NCBI GenBank assembly: GCA_963978445.1
Contig: CAXBRT010000001.1
Span: 1-58,983, forward strand
Reading direction: 5' to 3'
Source: an uncultured Flavobacteriales bacterium
Lineage (GTDB): Bacteria > Bacteroidota > Bacteroidia > Flavobacteriales > Schleiferiaceae
DNA length: 58,983 nt
Of this stretch, positions 51,430 through 58,983 are shown piece by piece. The number at the start of each line of letters is the position of its first letter. The stretch's first letter is position 1. The notes beneath the pieces were generated by a model. That model was not told the DNA's origin and made no database searches. It was given only the letters and a program-made list of their open reading frames with translations. Made by a program: the position numbers and the translations under genes.

Positions 51430-51435
51430 GCGTGC

Positions 51436-52008
51436 TTAATCTTGTCCTTCAAAATGTCCGGACACTGCAAAGATGGTGTATTGTGAGAGATCTTCTTTCG
51501 CTTCAAATCCTTTTCCGCGCACTTCCTCGCCTTTATCGATGATTCGAACCTCTGAATCGCTTGTAAAAACTTGATGAATACGGTCCCATTCCATGGCATC
51601 CGTGTACAAGGCATTTCCGCCCTCTTGGATCACCTCTACCTCACCGGTGAGCACCCATACTTGGTCACTCATGCGTCGAACGGCCTTTTGCGCTTTGAGG
51701 TATCCCGTGACGCGACCGCTTGCATTCAAGATTTCCACGCGAAATCCCTGCCGAAACACCTGGCGAGGATGCTCTTCATCGGAGGTAAAATCTTCCCAAA
51801 CTCCCGCAGTAACGCGGATTTTGGCCATGCCACTATCGCTGTAGACAATATTCACCTGATGCTGTTCAATCATGGCACCCGTAAACTGCTGTCGAAGGGC
51901 GTTGACCGCTTGCTCATCGTTGGAGCAGGCGATAAAATGCACCCACCCAAAGAACACAAAAGGAGCCCAGCGGGCTCCTCTCTGTGTGCAATATTTGAGC
52001 GTGATCAC
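51436..52008 (-). CDS. lptC: LPS export periplasmic protein LptC (lipoprotein-like signal)
   Basis: 190 aa with a GTG start 2 nt after the TPR gene stop. Possible lipobox HFIAC, then a beta-jellyroll-like sequence as in Bacteroidota LptC. Confidence 0.7.
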   Translation of the reverse strand: MITLKYCTQRGARWAPFVFFGWVHFIACSNDEQAVNALRQQFTGAMIEQHQVNIVYSDSGMAKIRVTAGVWEDFTSDEEHPRQVFRQGFRVEILNASGRVTGYLKAQKAVRRMSDQVWVLTGEVEVIQEGGNALYTDAMEWDRIHQVFTSDSEVRIIDKGEEVRGKGFEAKEDLSQYTIFAVSGHFEGQD

Positions 52009-52010
52009 GT

Positions 52011-53414
52011 TTAGAAACGAACGGTAACCGTCTCGTTGATCCAGCAGCCAATCGCGTAGCGGTCGCCTTCTTTCTTGCCAAACTGGAAAGAGATGGACTT
52101 GTCGGGGATGCCCACGCGAAACTTAGCGATGGTCTTGTCGGCACGACCGGTGATAGACGTGTCTACCTGCTTAGCTCGGGTAGCCTTGTCAATAGCCGCC
52201 CAATAGACCGCATTCTTCTCGAAGACGTTGTTACCGCAAGAGCCCGCAGCCGCTGCATAGACGTTTGCCCACATCAAATACGCTTCTCCTGAGTTCTCGT
52301 TGTTGCGCACAGCGGCAGCACAATCACTCTTGGCCGCAGACAAGTTACCCGTCTTCAAGTGGATAGCCGCCAAACGGAGGTAGTCACGTGACTTCTTCAT
52401 GGGGTCCGCTTCTTGTGCGATAGCATCCGTGAAGTACATGACGGCATCGTCGTATTTCTCGTTTTTGATGCTCAAGACACCCATAGAACGGGCTGCCTGG
52501 GGAGTTGGCTCCAAGTTGTAGAGAGATTGCGCCACCAAGTAATAAATGGGGTTGTCGGTACAATCAGACGTTCCAGCCGTGTCCGTACGCTCCTTAGAGA
52601 GCATTTTCTCCGCACGTCGCAACCATGCAGCATCGCCGAAATGCTTGTCGAAGTTGTCCTGGTTGTAGATAAGTCCCAAGCGATCGCAGGTCAAAAGGGG
52701 CGCCAAACCACGCTCAATGTTGGTAATCAACTTCGTGGACTGCTCCAAAAGGCGCTTATCAATATCCAAAACGCGCTTCTCACGAGAAGAAATCGTGCCC
52801 AGCGTATCTTTCTCCGTCAGGGCGGCGATTTCTCGGTTCCAGTTGTCTGTTTGAAGCTCGATAGCTTCACCTACTGCACCGTAGGCGTTGAGCAATCCTT
52901 CAGAATCCAACGTGTCAATCTTGTAGAGAGCGATGACCGCATTGAAGTAGTTGTTCAAGTACAAAGGCTGAATGTCCCCAGGATTTACTTCCAAAGCGGC
53001 ATTAAACATTTGGTAAGCTGTGTATGCATCCTCCGGATAGTAGTCGTAGAAGTCGTTGGCTTTTTGCCCCAATACTTTGGCCTCGCTGCCGGGGTAGTAG
53101 GTATTCCAATCGTCGTACATCTTCATCAAGGCTGCAATCAATTCCGTCTTTTTAGCGGCATCTTTTTCAGCTTTAATCTTCGCATCAAAAATCTTGGGCG
53201 CGAACTTGTAGACCACCTCGCTAGCCTGTGGGCAGGTGGTGTACACGATCATCCAAGGCTCATAGGCCTGTAGATACTCCTTGCCATTGCAGAGTTGGCC
53301 AAAGTTGTTATAGTTCTCAAAACAACGAATACTGTCTGCTTCAGAACTGCCCCAATTCTGGGCGTTTGCAAAGAATGCGCTGAATGCGAAGAGTACAATT
53401 AGTAGACGCTTCAT
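52011..53414 (-). CDS. Secreted TPR-like repeat protein of unknown function
   Basis: 467 aa. Signal peptide MKRLLIVLFAFSAFFANAQ and helical-repeat composition (A..Y...A/L.....Y..A). Confidence 0.65.
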   Translation of the reverse strand: MKRLLIVLFAFSAFFANAQNWGSSEADSIRCFENYNNFGQLCNGKEYLQAYEPWMIVYTTCPQASEVVYKFAPKIFDAKIKAEKDAAKKTELIAALMKMYDDWNTYYPGSEAKVLGQKANDFYDYYPEDAYTAYQMFNAALEVNPGDIQPLYLNNYFNAVIALYKIDTLDSEGLLNAYGAVGEAIELQTDNWNREIAALTEKDTLGTISSREKRVLDIDKRLLEQSTKLITNIERGLAPLLTCDRLGLIYNQDNFDKHFGDAAWLRRAEKMLSKERTDTAGTSDCTDNPIYYLVAQSLYNLEPTPQAARSMGVLSIKNEKYDDAVMYFTDAIAQEADPMKKSRDYLRLAAIHLKTGNLSAAKSDCAAAVRNNENSGEAYLMWANVYAAAAGSCGNNVFEKNAVYWAAIDKATRAKQVDTSITGRADKTIAKFRVGIPDKSISFQFGKKEGDRYAIGCWINETVTVRF

Positions 53415-53419
53415 GGGTA

Positions 53420-54778
53420 TTACCGGTATTTAAATTTGACAAACCACTGGTCGTTGAGGGTTACCCCAACCGTAGCTTGCGTGTAGAATTCTTGAATCAA
53501 TCCGTTTGTTTTTGTTCCCCAACTACCGACTTGTGCGCCGATGTGGAGGGTGGCAAATTTAACATCTCCTGGCAAAATAGCCCGACCTCCTATGGGCAAT
53601 CCCATGCCCAAGTTTGCTTGCCATGCTTTTACAGGGGTCTGATTTAGAACCAATCCCGTGTTTTCATAGCTGAATGCCGCGCGGTAGGCGATGTCATTTT
53701 TGAAACCCTTCAAACGCTTGTCAGGGAAAGCCAGTGAGGGAATCAAACTAGCCGATGCTGATATGCGCTGACTGTTTTCCAAGTAGGGGCCGCTCCATGG
53801 TTCACTCGTCAACCATGGCAAGGTTCCCGTTGAAAATGGAAGGAGCATCTGCGTTTCAGTCACTTGATATTGGACCCCTATTGACCATGCTGAAACAGGC
53901 AGGTCTTTGGCGGGTTTACTGATTTCCAGTCCGACCGAAACCTGGGTGGGCACGTAGATGTAGCCTTCCTGATTGAGCACGGCTAAGCCCGTATCTAATG
54001 GAGTTTCCGATCCTGAGCCGCTCGCGATGTAGGTGTAGCTCAAATCGTTGAACGTGCTTGAAACCGCTGAACCATTTCGGAGGGTAGCTCCAGCTACCAC
54101 TTTGACTGCGCCCAAGGGGATTCTAAGCTGCGCTCCAGCATCCCAGCACCATCCACTCGCCAAGGTGCGCTGAGCCACTCGGACCGAATTGAACTGGTTG
54201 TCGCTGAAAATCATGCTGGTTTTTTGGTCCAAGGAGCCAAACAGATAGTTGGCATTAAAGCCTAGCGCCAAAAACTCGACAGGCTTAAGGCCCATGCCTA
54301 CGTGTAACTTAGTGTAGCCACCGCTGCCTTTAAATTGCTGGGTAAAATCTCCAAAATTGGCATCTGTGCCCTTGGTCAACATGTCATAACCCGTCAAAGA
54401 ATACGGCATCAAACCCGCAGAGGCGCCCATCCATTTTTTCAATGGAACAGCTATACCCATATTTTTAAATCCGCCCGTCGTATTCCAGAGGCTCGCGTTT
54501 TCATTCGCTTGGTGCACTCCCATGTAGCTGCCGCCCAAATCCAAGGTGGTGTAACGCAAATCCGCATAACTAGCAGGTTGCGCTGGATTCACATACAAGC
54601 CAGACGTGGCAGCCGCCTGGGTCCCGCCCAGAATAGAATGGTAAGTAAAACCATTGGGTTGCAACAACCCATGGCCATAGATAGAATAAGGACTCACCCC
54701 ACCGCTCTGCCCAAATAGCAGGCTTGGACCTAGCAGTAGGCCAGCGAGGAGGGAGAGGGTTCTAAGGGTGCGTTTCAT
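53420..54778 (-). CDS. Predicted outer-membrane beta-barrel protein of unknown function
   Basis: Start at MKRTLRTLSLLAGLLLGPSLLFGQ. SPYSIYGHG N-terminal motif, alternating hydrophobic strands and an aromatic C-terminus (WFVKFKYR). Confidence 0.6.
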   Translation of the reverse strand: MKRTLRTLSLLAGLLLGPSLLFGQSGGVSPYSIYGHGLLQPNGFTYHSILGGTQAAATSGLYVNPAQPASYADLRYTTLDLGGSYMGVHQANENASLWNTTGGFKNMGIAVPLKKWMGASAGLMPYSLTGYDMLTKGTDANFGDFTQQFKGSGGYTKLHVGMGLKPVEFLALGFNANYLFGSLDQKTSMIFSDNQFNSVRVAQRTLASGWCWDAGAQLRIPLGAVKVVAGATLRNGSAVSSTFNDLSYTYIASGSGSETPLDTGLAVLNQEGYIYVPTQVSVGLEISKPAKDLPVSAWSIGVQYQVTETQMLLPFSTGTLPWLTSEPWSGPYLENSQRISASASLIPSLAFPDKRLKGFKNDIAYRAAFSYENTGLVLNQTPVKAWQANLGMGLPIGGRAILPGDVKFATLHIGAQVGSWGTKTNGLIQEFYTQATVGVTLNDQWFVKFKYR

Positions 54779-55466
54779 AGAGGTATTGAGCCAGGAGCCC
54801 AAGTGCTTCAAGATTGGAAGCCGCAAAGATGCCGCTTTCATATGGTTTAGCAAAAGCCGGGCCATCTCCTCCAGTGATAAAAACGGCAATTCCTGCAAAT
54901 TCCTGCTGCCAACCCGCGATCCAGTGGTCAATTTCCGCTTGCATACCCGCATAGGCACCTTCATGCATGCCTTCCGCTGTTGATACACTGCCCGAAGGAT
55001 AGAAGGGTCGTTTCACGGGCTCTAAGGCCGGCAGTGCTGGCGCAAAATGGGCCATTGCCTTGAGACGCATCGACCAGCCGGGAGAGATAGGACCCCCTTT
55101 CAAGAAATTGTTCCCATCGAGGAGTGTTCCCGTGAGGCAGGTTCCACAGGATATGACGGCCAAAGGGCCCTTCGGATGAAGCTGACGAGCGCCCAAGGCC
55201 GCTAGGCAGCGATCCACGCCAATGGTAGGAGCGCAAGCCAGGGTGAACGGCCAAGGAGCATCGAGTGTGACCTGATGGCCGAGAAGAGCAGGTGGAAGAT
55301 TTCGGCGGGCCGTGTTCGCTACGCGGATGGGGGCATTCGGGTCGATCGCATCCAGCCACGAGAAATCATCGGGTGCAAAAAACTGGGTTTCCACCGCGTT
55401 TGCGTCTTCCGCTTTAACGAATGACACTTTTGTTCGGGTATTCCCGAGCTCGACCGCCCAAATCAT
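54762..55466 (-). CDS. coaX: Type III pantothenate kinase
   Basis: 234 aa. N-terminal ELGNTRTK (DxGNT-like) and GVDR motifs. 17-nt overlap with the next gene. Confidence 0.8.
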   Translation of the reverse strand: MIWAVELGNTRTKVSFVKAEDANAVETQFFAPDDFSWLDAIDPNAPIRVANTARRNLPPALLGHQVTLDAPWPFTLACAPTIGVDRCLAALGARQLHPKGPLAVISCGTCLTGTLLDGNNFLKGGPISPGWSMRLKAMAHFAPALPALEPVKRPFYPSGSVSTAEGMHEGAYAGMQAEIDHWIAGWQQEFAGIAVFITGGDGPAFAKPYESGIFAASNLEALGLLAQYLYETHP

Positions 55467-55493
55467 GGCGCAAAAATAGCCCCTAGCCTTCCC

Positions 55494-57677
55494 TTATACG
55501 TTTAAAAAACTGACCTTTTTGTCGGAAGCCATTTGGGCATACACGGCGTCTTTGTAGTAGGATTCCACCACGTTCCGCTTAATTTTCAACGTAGGCGTTA
55601 GAAATCCATTTTCAACGGACCAATCTTCTTGCACCCAGAGAACTTTGTCCATTTTTTCATGGGACGGGAGGACCTGATTGACCTGTCGAAGCAGTTCCTC
55701 AGTGGCCTTCAAGACTTCCGCTTCGGGGAGCTTACGGGCGTCTTCCGTGAACACGGCCAAGGCTACTGGCTGAGCCAAATCCAAGCCTACCACGCAGACT
55801 TGCGCCATGTGCTCCGAGGCCATAAGCCGGTTTTCGATAGGTGCAGGTGCCACGTACTTGCCTTTGGACGTCTTGAAAATGTCCTTGATGCGTCCCGTGA
55901 TGGTGAGATAGCCTTCCGAATCTATGGCACCGCAATCTCCCGTATGAAGGGCGCCACCCGCATAGAGTTCGGCCGTTTTTTCCGGCTCCTTGTAGTAACC
56001 TTGGGTGCAGGTAGGTCCCTTGACGAGGACTTCGTCCCCTTCGCCCAGAAAGACCTCTACCCCCGAAAAAGCCTGGCCTACGGTACCAATTTTTACTTTG
56101 CCGCGGAAATTCACCGTGGAAATTCCCAAGTTTTCCGTCATGCCATAGACCTCCTGAATGGCAATGCCCATCTTGGAAAAATCTTCCAAAAGTGACGCCC
56201 GAATGGGGGCCGCCCCTGAAAGCACCAGACGCGCTCTGGAAAGTCCTAGTTTCTTGCGCAAAATGGGTGCAAGTAATTGGCGCAAAAAGGCTGCAGGAAT
56301 CTTGGCGTGAATGGTTTCCCCAAACTTTTCCCAAATACGCGGCACCGCCATGAAAACGGTGGGTTGGGCGGCCTCCAAATTCTGGGCAAACGTATCCAGG
56401 GCTTGGACGAAATGAATTCGGCCTGTTAGGTAGACGCCCGCAGCAGAAATGATCATGCGTTCAGCCACATGGCTGAGCGGCAAGTAGGAAATAAAGACCT
56501 CTTGATGGAGGAAGTTAAATTGCTCCAAAATCATGCGGAAGGCGGCCTGAAAATTGGCGAAATTGTGCATGACGCCCTTGGGCATCCCCGTCGTGCCGGA
56601 GGTGTAAATAATGGTCATGAGCACCTCGGGATCCATGGGAATCGGCTCAAAATCTGGCCGACCCTTGGCCTTCAACGCCTCCCAAGTGAGCCCCGATGCA
56701 TCCGGCTGCATGTATGGGATGAAGACCCGCTGAACTCCAGCTGGGCAATGCTGTATGTAGACACTTGCATCGTCTAACTTGCCGATGACAAGCACTTTAG
56801 ATTCCGAGTGTTCCAGAATTTTTTGCGCGGTTTCCCCGTCAATGGTGGGGTACATGGGAACAGAAACGGCGCCCGCCAAGGCACAGCCATAGTCCGCTAT
56901 CAGCCAATGCGCCGAGTTTTTACCGATGATGGCCACCTTATCTCCCGGTTGAATTCCGAGGGCCACCAAGCCACTTGCAAAGGCTTTGGCTTCGCTGAAA
57001 ACTTCTCCATGGGTGAAACGAATATGACCGGCTTCCGCGTGCGGCTCGTCTAGAAAGCGTCTATTCGGGAAACGCGATGCGTTCCAGGCCAATTGTTCAG
57101 GCAAGGTGCGTTGAGCCCGATCCGGGGTGACGTGCTGAAGTCCGAGTTCTGGCTTTGCCCCTTCCAAGGGCCCTAAAATTTCTAAGACATGGGCATCATC
57201 CTGTGCTTGGGTCGTAGCCGAAAAAGGTTGTGCCACACTGATGACCTTTCGGCCAAAATCCATCCCCAAAGTCACTATGGGTACGCCCGCCTTTTCGGCA
57301 ATGTTTCGGTACCCCGATTTGAGCCCGTTCACCTTACTTCGCGTCCCCTCTGGAGACAGGCCGAGCTTAAAATTGGGGTTTTTGGAGAAGTGCTCAGCCA
57401 TTTGGTCCACTACCCCATGGCTGCTGGAACGGTTGACGGGAATCGCCCCAAAGGCCCGAAGGATGCCCCCCAAGGGCCACCAGAACAGGCTGTGTTTGGC
57501 GAGGAATTTTATGTCGTGAAGGCCCAAATCTTCTCGAATACACAAGGCGACAAAAAAGTCACGCCAGGAGGTATGTGGGCCTGCAATAAGCACATACTGA
57601 GGCAAATGATGCGGAAAGGAATCGCGGTATTCCCAGCCTTTTCGGGAAAGGCGACCCTTGAGGAACGGTAACTTCAT
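55494..57677 (-). CDS. Fusion protein: N-terminal lysophospholipid-type acyltransferase plus C-terminal long-chain acyl-CoA/acyl-ACP synthetase (Aas-like architecture)
   Basis: Single 727-aa ORF. PHTSWRD (Hx4D) and SPEGTRS lie in residues ~30-115. IIYTSGTTGMPKGV, the hinge (GYLTITGRIKD) and GKYVAP lie in the ANL half. Confidence 0.85.
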   Translation of the reverse strand: MKLPFLKGRLSRKGWEYRDSFPHHLPQYVLIAGPHTSWRDFFVALCIREDLGLHDIKFLAKHSLFWWPLGGILRAFGAIPVNRSSSHGVVDQMAEHFSKNPNFKLGLSPEGTRSKVNGLKSGYRNIAEKAGVPIVTLGMDFGRKVISVAQPFSATTQAQDDAHVLEILGPLEGAKPELGLQHVTPDRAQRTLPEQLAWNASRFPNRRFLDEPHAEAGHIRFTHGEVFSEAKAFASGLVALGIQPGDKVAIIGKNSAHWLIADYGCALAGAVSVPMYPTIDGETAQKILEHSESKVLVIGKLDDASVYIQHCPAGVQRVFIPYMQPDASGLTWEALKAKGRPDFEPIPMDPEVLMTIIYTSGTTGMPKGVMHNFANFQAAFRMILEQFNFLHQEVFISYLPLSHVAERMIISAAGVYLTGRIHFVQALDTFAQNLEAAQPTVFMAVPRIWEKFGETIHAKIPAAFLRQLLAPILRKKLGLSRARLVLSGAAPIRASLLEDFSKMGIAIQEVYGMTENLGISTVNFRGKVKIGTVGQAFSGVEVFLGEGDEVLVKGPTCTQGYYKEPEKTAELYAGGALHTGDCGAIDSEGYLTITGRIKDIFKTSKGKYVAPAPIENRLMASEHMAQVCVVGLDLAQPVALAVFTEDARKLPEAEVLKATEELLRQVNQVLPSHEKMDKVLWVQEDWSVENGFLTPTLKIKRNVVESYYKDAVYAQMASDKKVSFLNV

Positions 57678-57802
57678 GCCCTAAAATACCTCAATTATTA
57701 GTCGCATGTAACTCATGTGATGAAGAAAGTTTCCAAGGAGCTGCGAAAAATCGCGAAGGAAGAATGAAGAATTGGTCTTAACTTCGCGCCTCCAAATAAG
57801 GA

Positions 57803-57875
57803 GGTTCGGTAGCTCAGTTGGTAGAGCAATGGACTGAAAATCCATGTGTCGGCGGTTCGATCCCGCCCCGAAGCA
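57803..57875 (+). tRNA. tRNA-Phe (anticodon GAA), CCA not encoded
   Basis: Manual cloverleaf: acceptor GGTTCGG/CCGAAGC, D arm GCTC-AGTTGGTA-GAGC, anticodon arm ATGGA-CTGAAAA-TCCAT, variable loop GTGTC, T arm GGCGG-TTCGATC-CCGCC, discriminator A. Confidence 0.9.
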
Positions 57876-57881
57876 CGGAGG

Positions 57882-57907
57882 ACCCGCCCCACCAGGCGGG
57901 TTTTTTA
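57882..57907 (+). terminator. Rho-independent terminator after tRNA-Phe
   Basis: ACCCGCC-ccacca-GGCGGGT followed by TTTTTT. Confidence 0.8.
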
Positions 57908-57947
57908 TTCCCTGCCTCAGCCCTACCAAGAACTTCATTCTGGGGTA

Positions 57948-58983
57948 ATGGAGGTTATACAAAAATGCTGTTTCTTGCGGCCCGTGAATGCTCGCTACCT
58001 ACTCTATTTCGGCTTCCTCGCCATCAGCGCTCGCCAATTGGAGGCACAAACCCCCTTTGCCTACGGTGTAGCCTCCGGAGACCCCTATTCGGAATCGGTC
58101 GTCTTGTGGACCGCCGTAGATGGGGTGACGCAGCCGGAAATTCTCACATGGGAATGCAGTTTGGATCCGGATTTTAGGACCATCTTCACAAGTGGCACGG
58201 TAGAAACAGGCCCCCAACGCAATGGCACGGCCAAAGTGGTGGCCCGGGGATTGGAGGCAGGAACCACCTACTTCTATAGATTCTGGTGGCGAGAACATGT
58301 ATCCCCCATCGGCCAGACCAAAACAGCTCCCCTGCCAAATGCCCTGGCACCCGTTAAAATGGCCGTGGTTTCTTGTGCCCATTACGAAGCCGGGTATTTC
58401 TATGGCTATGGGGAAATTGCTCAGCGCCCGGACGTAGACGTCGTCGTTCATTTGGGCGACTATATCTACGAATACGGCCCGTGGAAAGCCCAGTGGAAAG
58501 TCCCCGGGCGGGTTCACCAGCCCGATTATGAAATCGTGAGCCTGTCCGATTACCGCACCCGCTATGCACAATACCGCCGGGATCCCAACTTGCAGGCCAT
58601 GCACGCGGCACACCCGATGATTGCCATTTGGGACGACCATGAAATTGCCAACAACAGCTACGCCACAGGTGCTGACAACCACCAGGAGAACGAAGGAGAC
58701 TATCATGCTCGCAGGCAAGCAGCTATGCGTGCCTACTATGAGTGGATGCCTGTTCGCGAAGACCATCCGGAAGGGTATCGCGCGTTTCGCTACGGCCAAA
58801 TGGTAGAGCTTATTATGCTGGAAACCCGCTTGGATGGTCGCACGGATGTACCGCACACAGAAGAGGGCCGGCATGCGCCTTTGTCGCAGCACCGATTGAT
58901 GAGCGACGATCAGCGTCAATGGGTGAAAGACCGCTTGACATCGAGTCAAACGGCCTACCGCGTTTTAGGCAACCAGACCATTT
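57948..58983 (+). CDS. phoD: PhoD-family alkaline phosphatase/phosphodiesterase, N-terminal part (3' end outside window)
   Basis: My translation of the +3 frame (codon starts divisible by 3), which is not in the track because it runs off the window: PFAYGVASGDPYSESVVLWT...TTYFYRF...VVSCAHYEAGYF...VVHLGDYIYEY...IAIWDDHEIANN. Start is uncertain (ATG 57948 or GTG 57984). No twin-arginine motif seen. Confidence 0.85.
   Translation, partial: MEVIQKCCFLRPVNARYLLYFGFLAISARQLEAQTPFAYGVASGDPYSESVVLWTAVDGVTQPEILTWECSLDPDFRTIFTSGTVETGPQRNGTAKVVARGLEAGTTYFYRFWWREHVSPIGQTKTAPLPNALAPVKMAVVSCAHYEAGYFYGYGEIAQRPDVDVVVHLGDYIYEYGPWKAQWKVPGRVHQPDYEIVSLSDYRTRYAQYRRDPNLQAMHAAHPMIAIWDDHEIANNSYATGADNHQENEGDYHARRQAAMRAYYEWMPVREDHPEGYRAFRYGQMVELIMLETRLDGRTDVPHTEEGRHAPLSQHRLMSDDQRQWVKDRLTSSQTAYRVLGNQTI

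Noticed and set aside
52413-53273. A 286-aa + strand ORF. Similar long antisense ORFs occur at 47851..48660, 37024..37734, 30060..30848, 6232..6930 and 2892..3584.
   Set aside because: All are embedded antisense in well-supported genes (TPR protein, PpiD-like, cargo A, murA/tlpA, gltA/eno, Nif3/rpsA). They have low-complexity translations and no independent start or stop context.
57681-58177. Track ORFs 57681..57962 (-) and 57818..58177 (+).
   Set aside because: Both run through the tRNA-Phe gene and its terminator. The + ORF is in the wrong frame relative to the PhoD motifs.
57999-58949. A 316-aa ORF on the - strand at the right end of the window.
   Set aside because: It is antisense to a clear PhoD-family reading frame on the + strand (VASGDPYS..., HLGDYIYEY, WDDHEIANN) that the track omitted because it runs off the window. 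The minus-strand translation has no family resemblance.

Overview
This is a gene-dense chromosomal window from a member of the Bacteroidota. The phylum call rests on T9SS type-B C-terminal-domain cargo genes, a PorP/SprF gene, a DUF4290-murA pair and TAnnTTTG-type -7 boxes; I cannot verify a finer taxon without a search. Most of the window is core housekeeping.

Gene content in order:
- 1-9.1 kb: map (5'-truncated) and a SAM methyltransferase on the + strand. On the - strand follow a COG1579-family coiled-coil protein, Nif3, rpsA, gltA, eno and carA.
- 9.1-25.9 kb: one uninterrupted 32-gene minus-strand array, rpsL-rpsG-fusA-S10-spc-alpha, ending at rplQ. It includes a 38-aa rpmJ that is missing from the ORF track.
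- 26.1-32.8 kb, + strand: UvrD/PcrA helicase, DUF4290, murA, a TlpA-like thioredoxin, grpE and dnaJ.
- 32.9-38.3 kb, - strand: a three-gene T9SS cassette (cargo, PorP/SprF, cargo). This is the only accessory-looking segment.
- 38.5-47.7 kb: dgkA, a GAF/fRMsr-like protein, a lone FtsX-type ABC permease, then purH-mreBCD-mrdA-rodA.
- 47.8-57.7 kb, - strand: an envelope array of acyltransferase::acyl-CoA ligase fusion, coaX, an outer-membrane barrel, a TPR protein, lptC, a small membrane ORF, a CNNM/CorC transporter and a PpiD-like protein.
- 57.8-59.0 kb: tRNA-Phe and a 3'-truncated PhoD-family phosphatase.

I found no CRISPR array, IS element, integrase, phage gene or recognisable defence or toxin system.

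The best candidate for something undescribed is the T9SS cassette. Its PorP/SprF barrel carries a roughly 200-aa C-terminal coiled-coil, Gly/Asn linker and SPOR-like extension, which would be a built-in tether from the outer membrane to peptidoglycan.

Secondary observations:
- an Aas-like acyltransferase/acyl-activating fusion;
- DnaJ with only two of the four CxxCxGxG motifs;
- a COG1579 protein whose zinc-ribbon cysteines are all replaced;
- a likely rpsA promoter nested in the gltA terminator, sharing TTTGCAGTCC with the rpsL promoter;
- nested inverted repeats in the cargo/dgkA divergent intergenic region;
- a G2:G71 mismatch in tRNA-Phe.

All family calls come from reading the translations against remembered motifs. 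No database search was possible.
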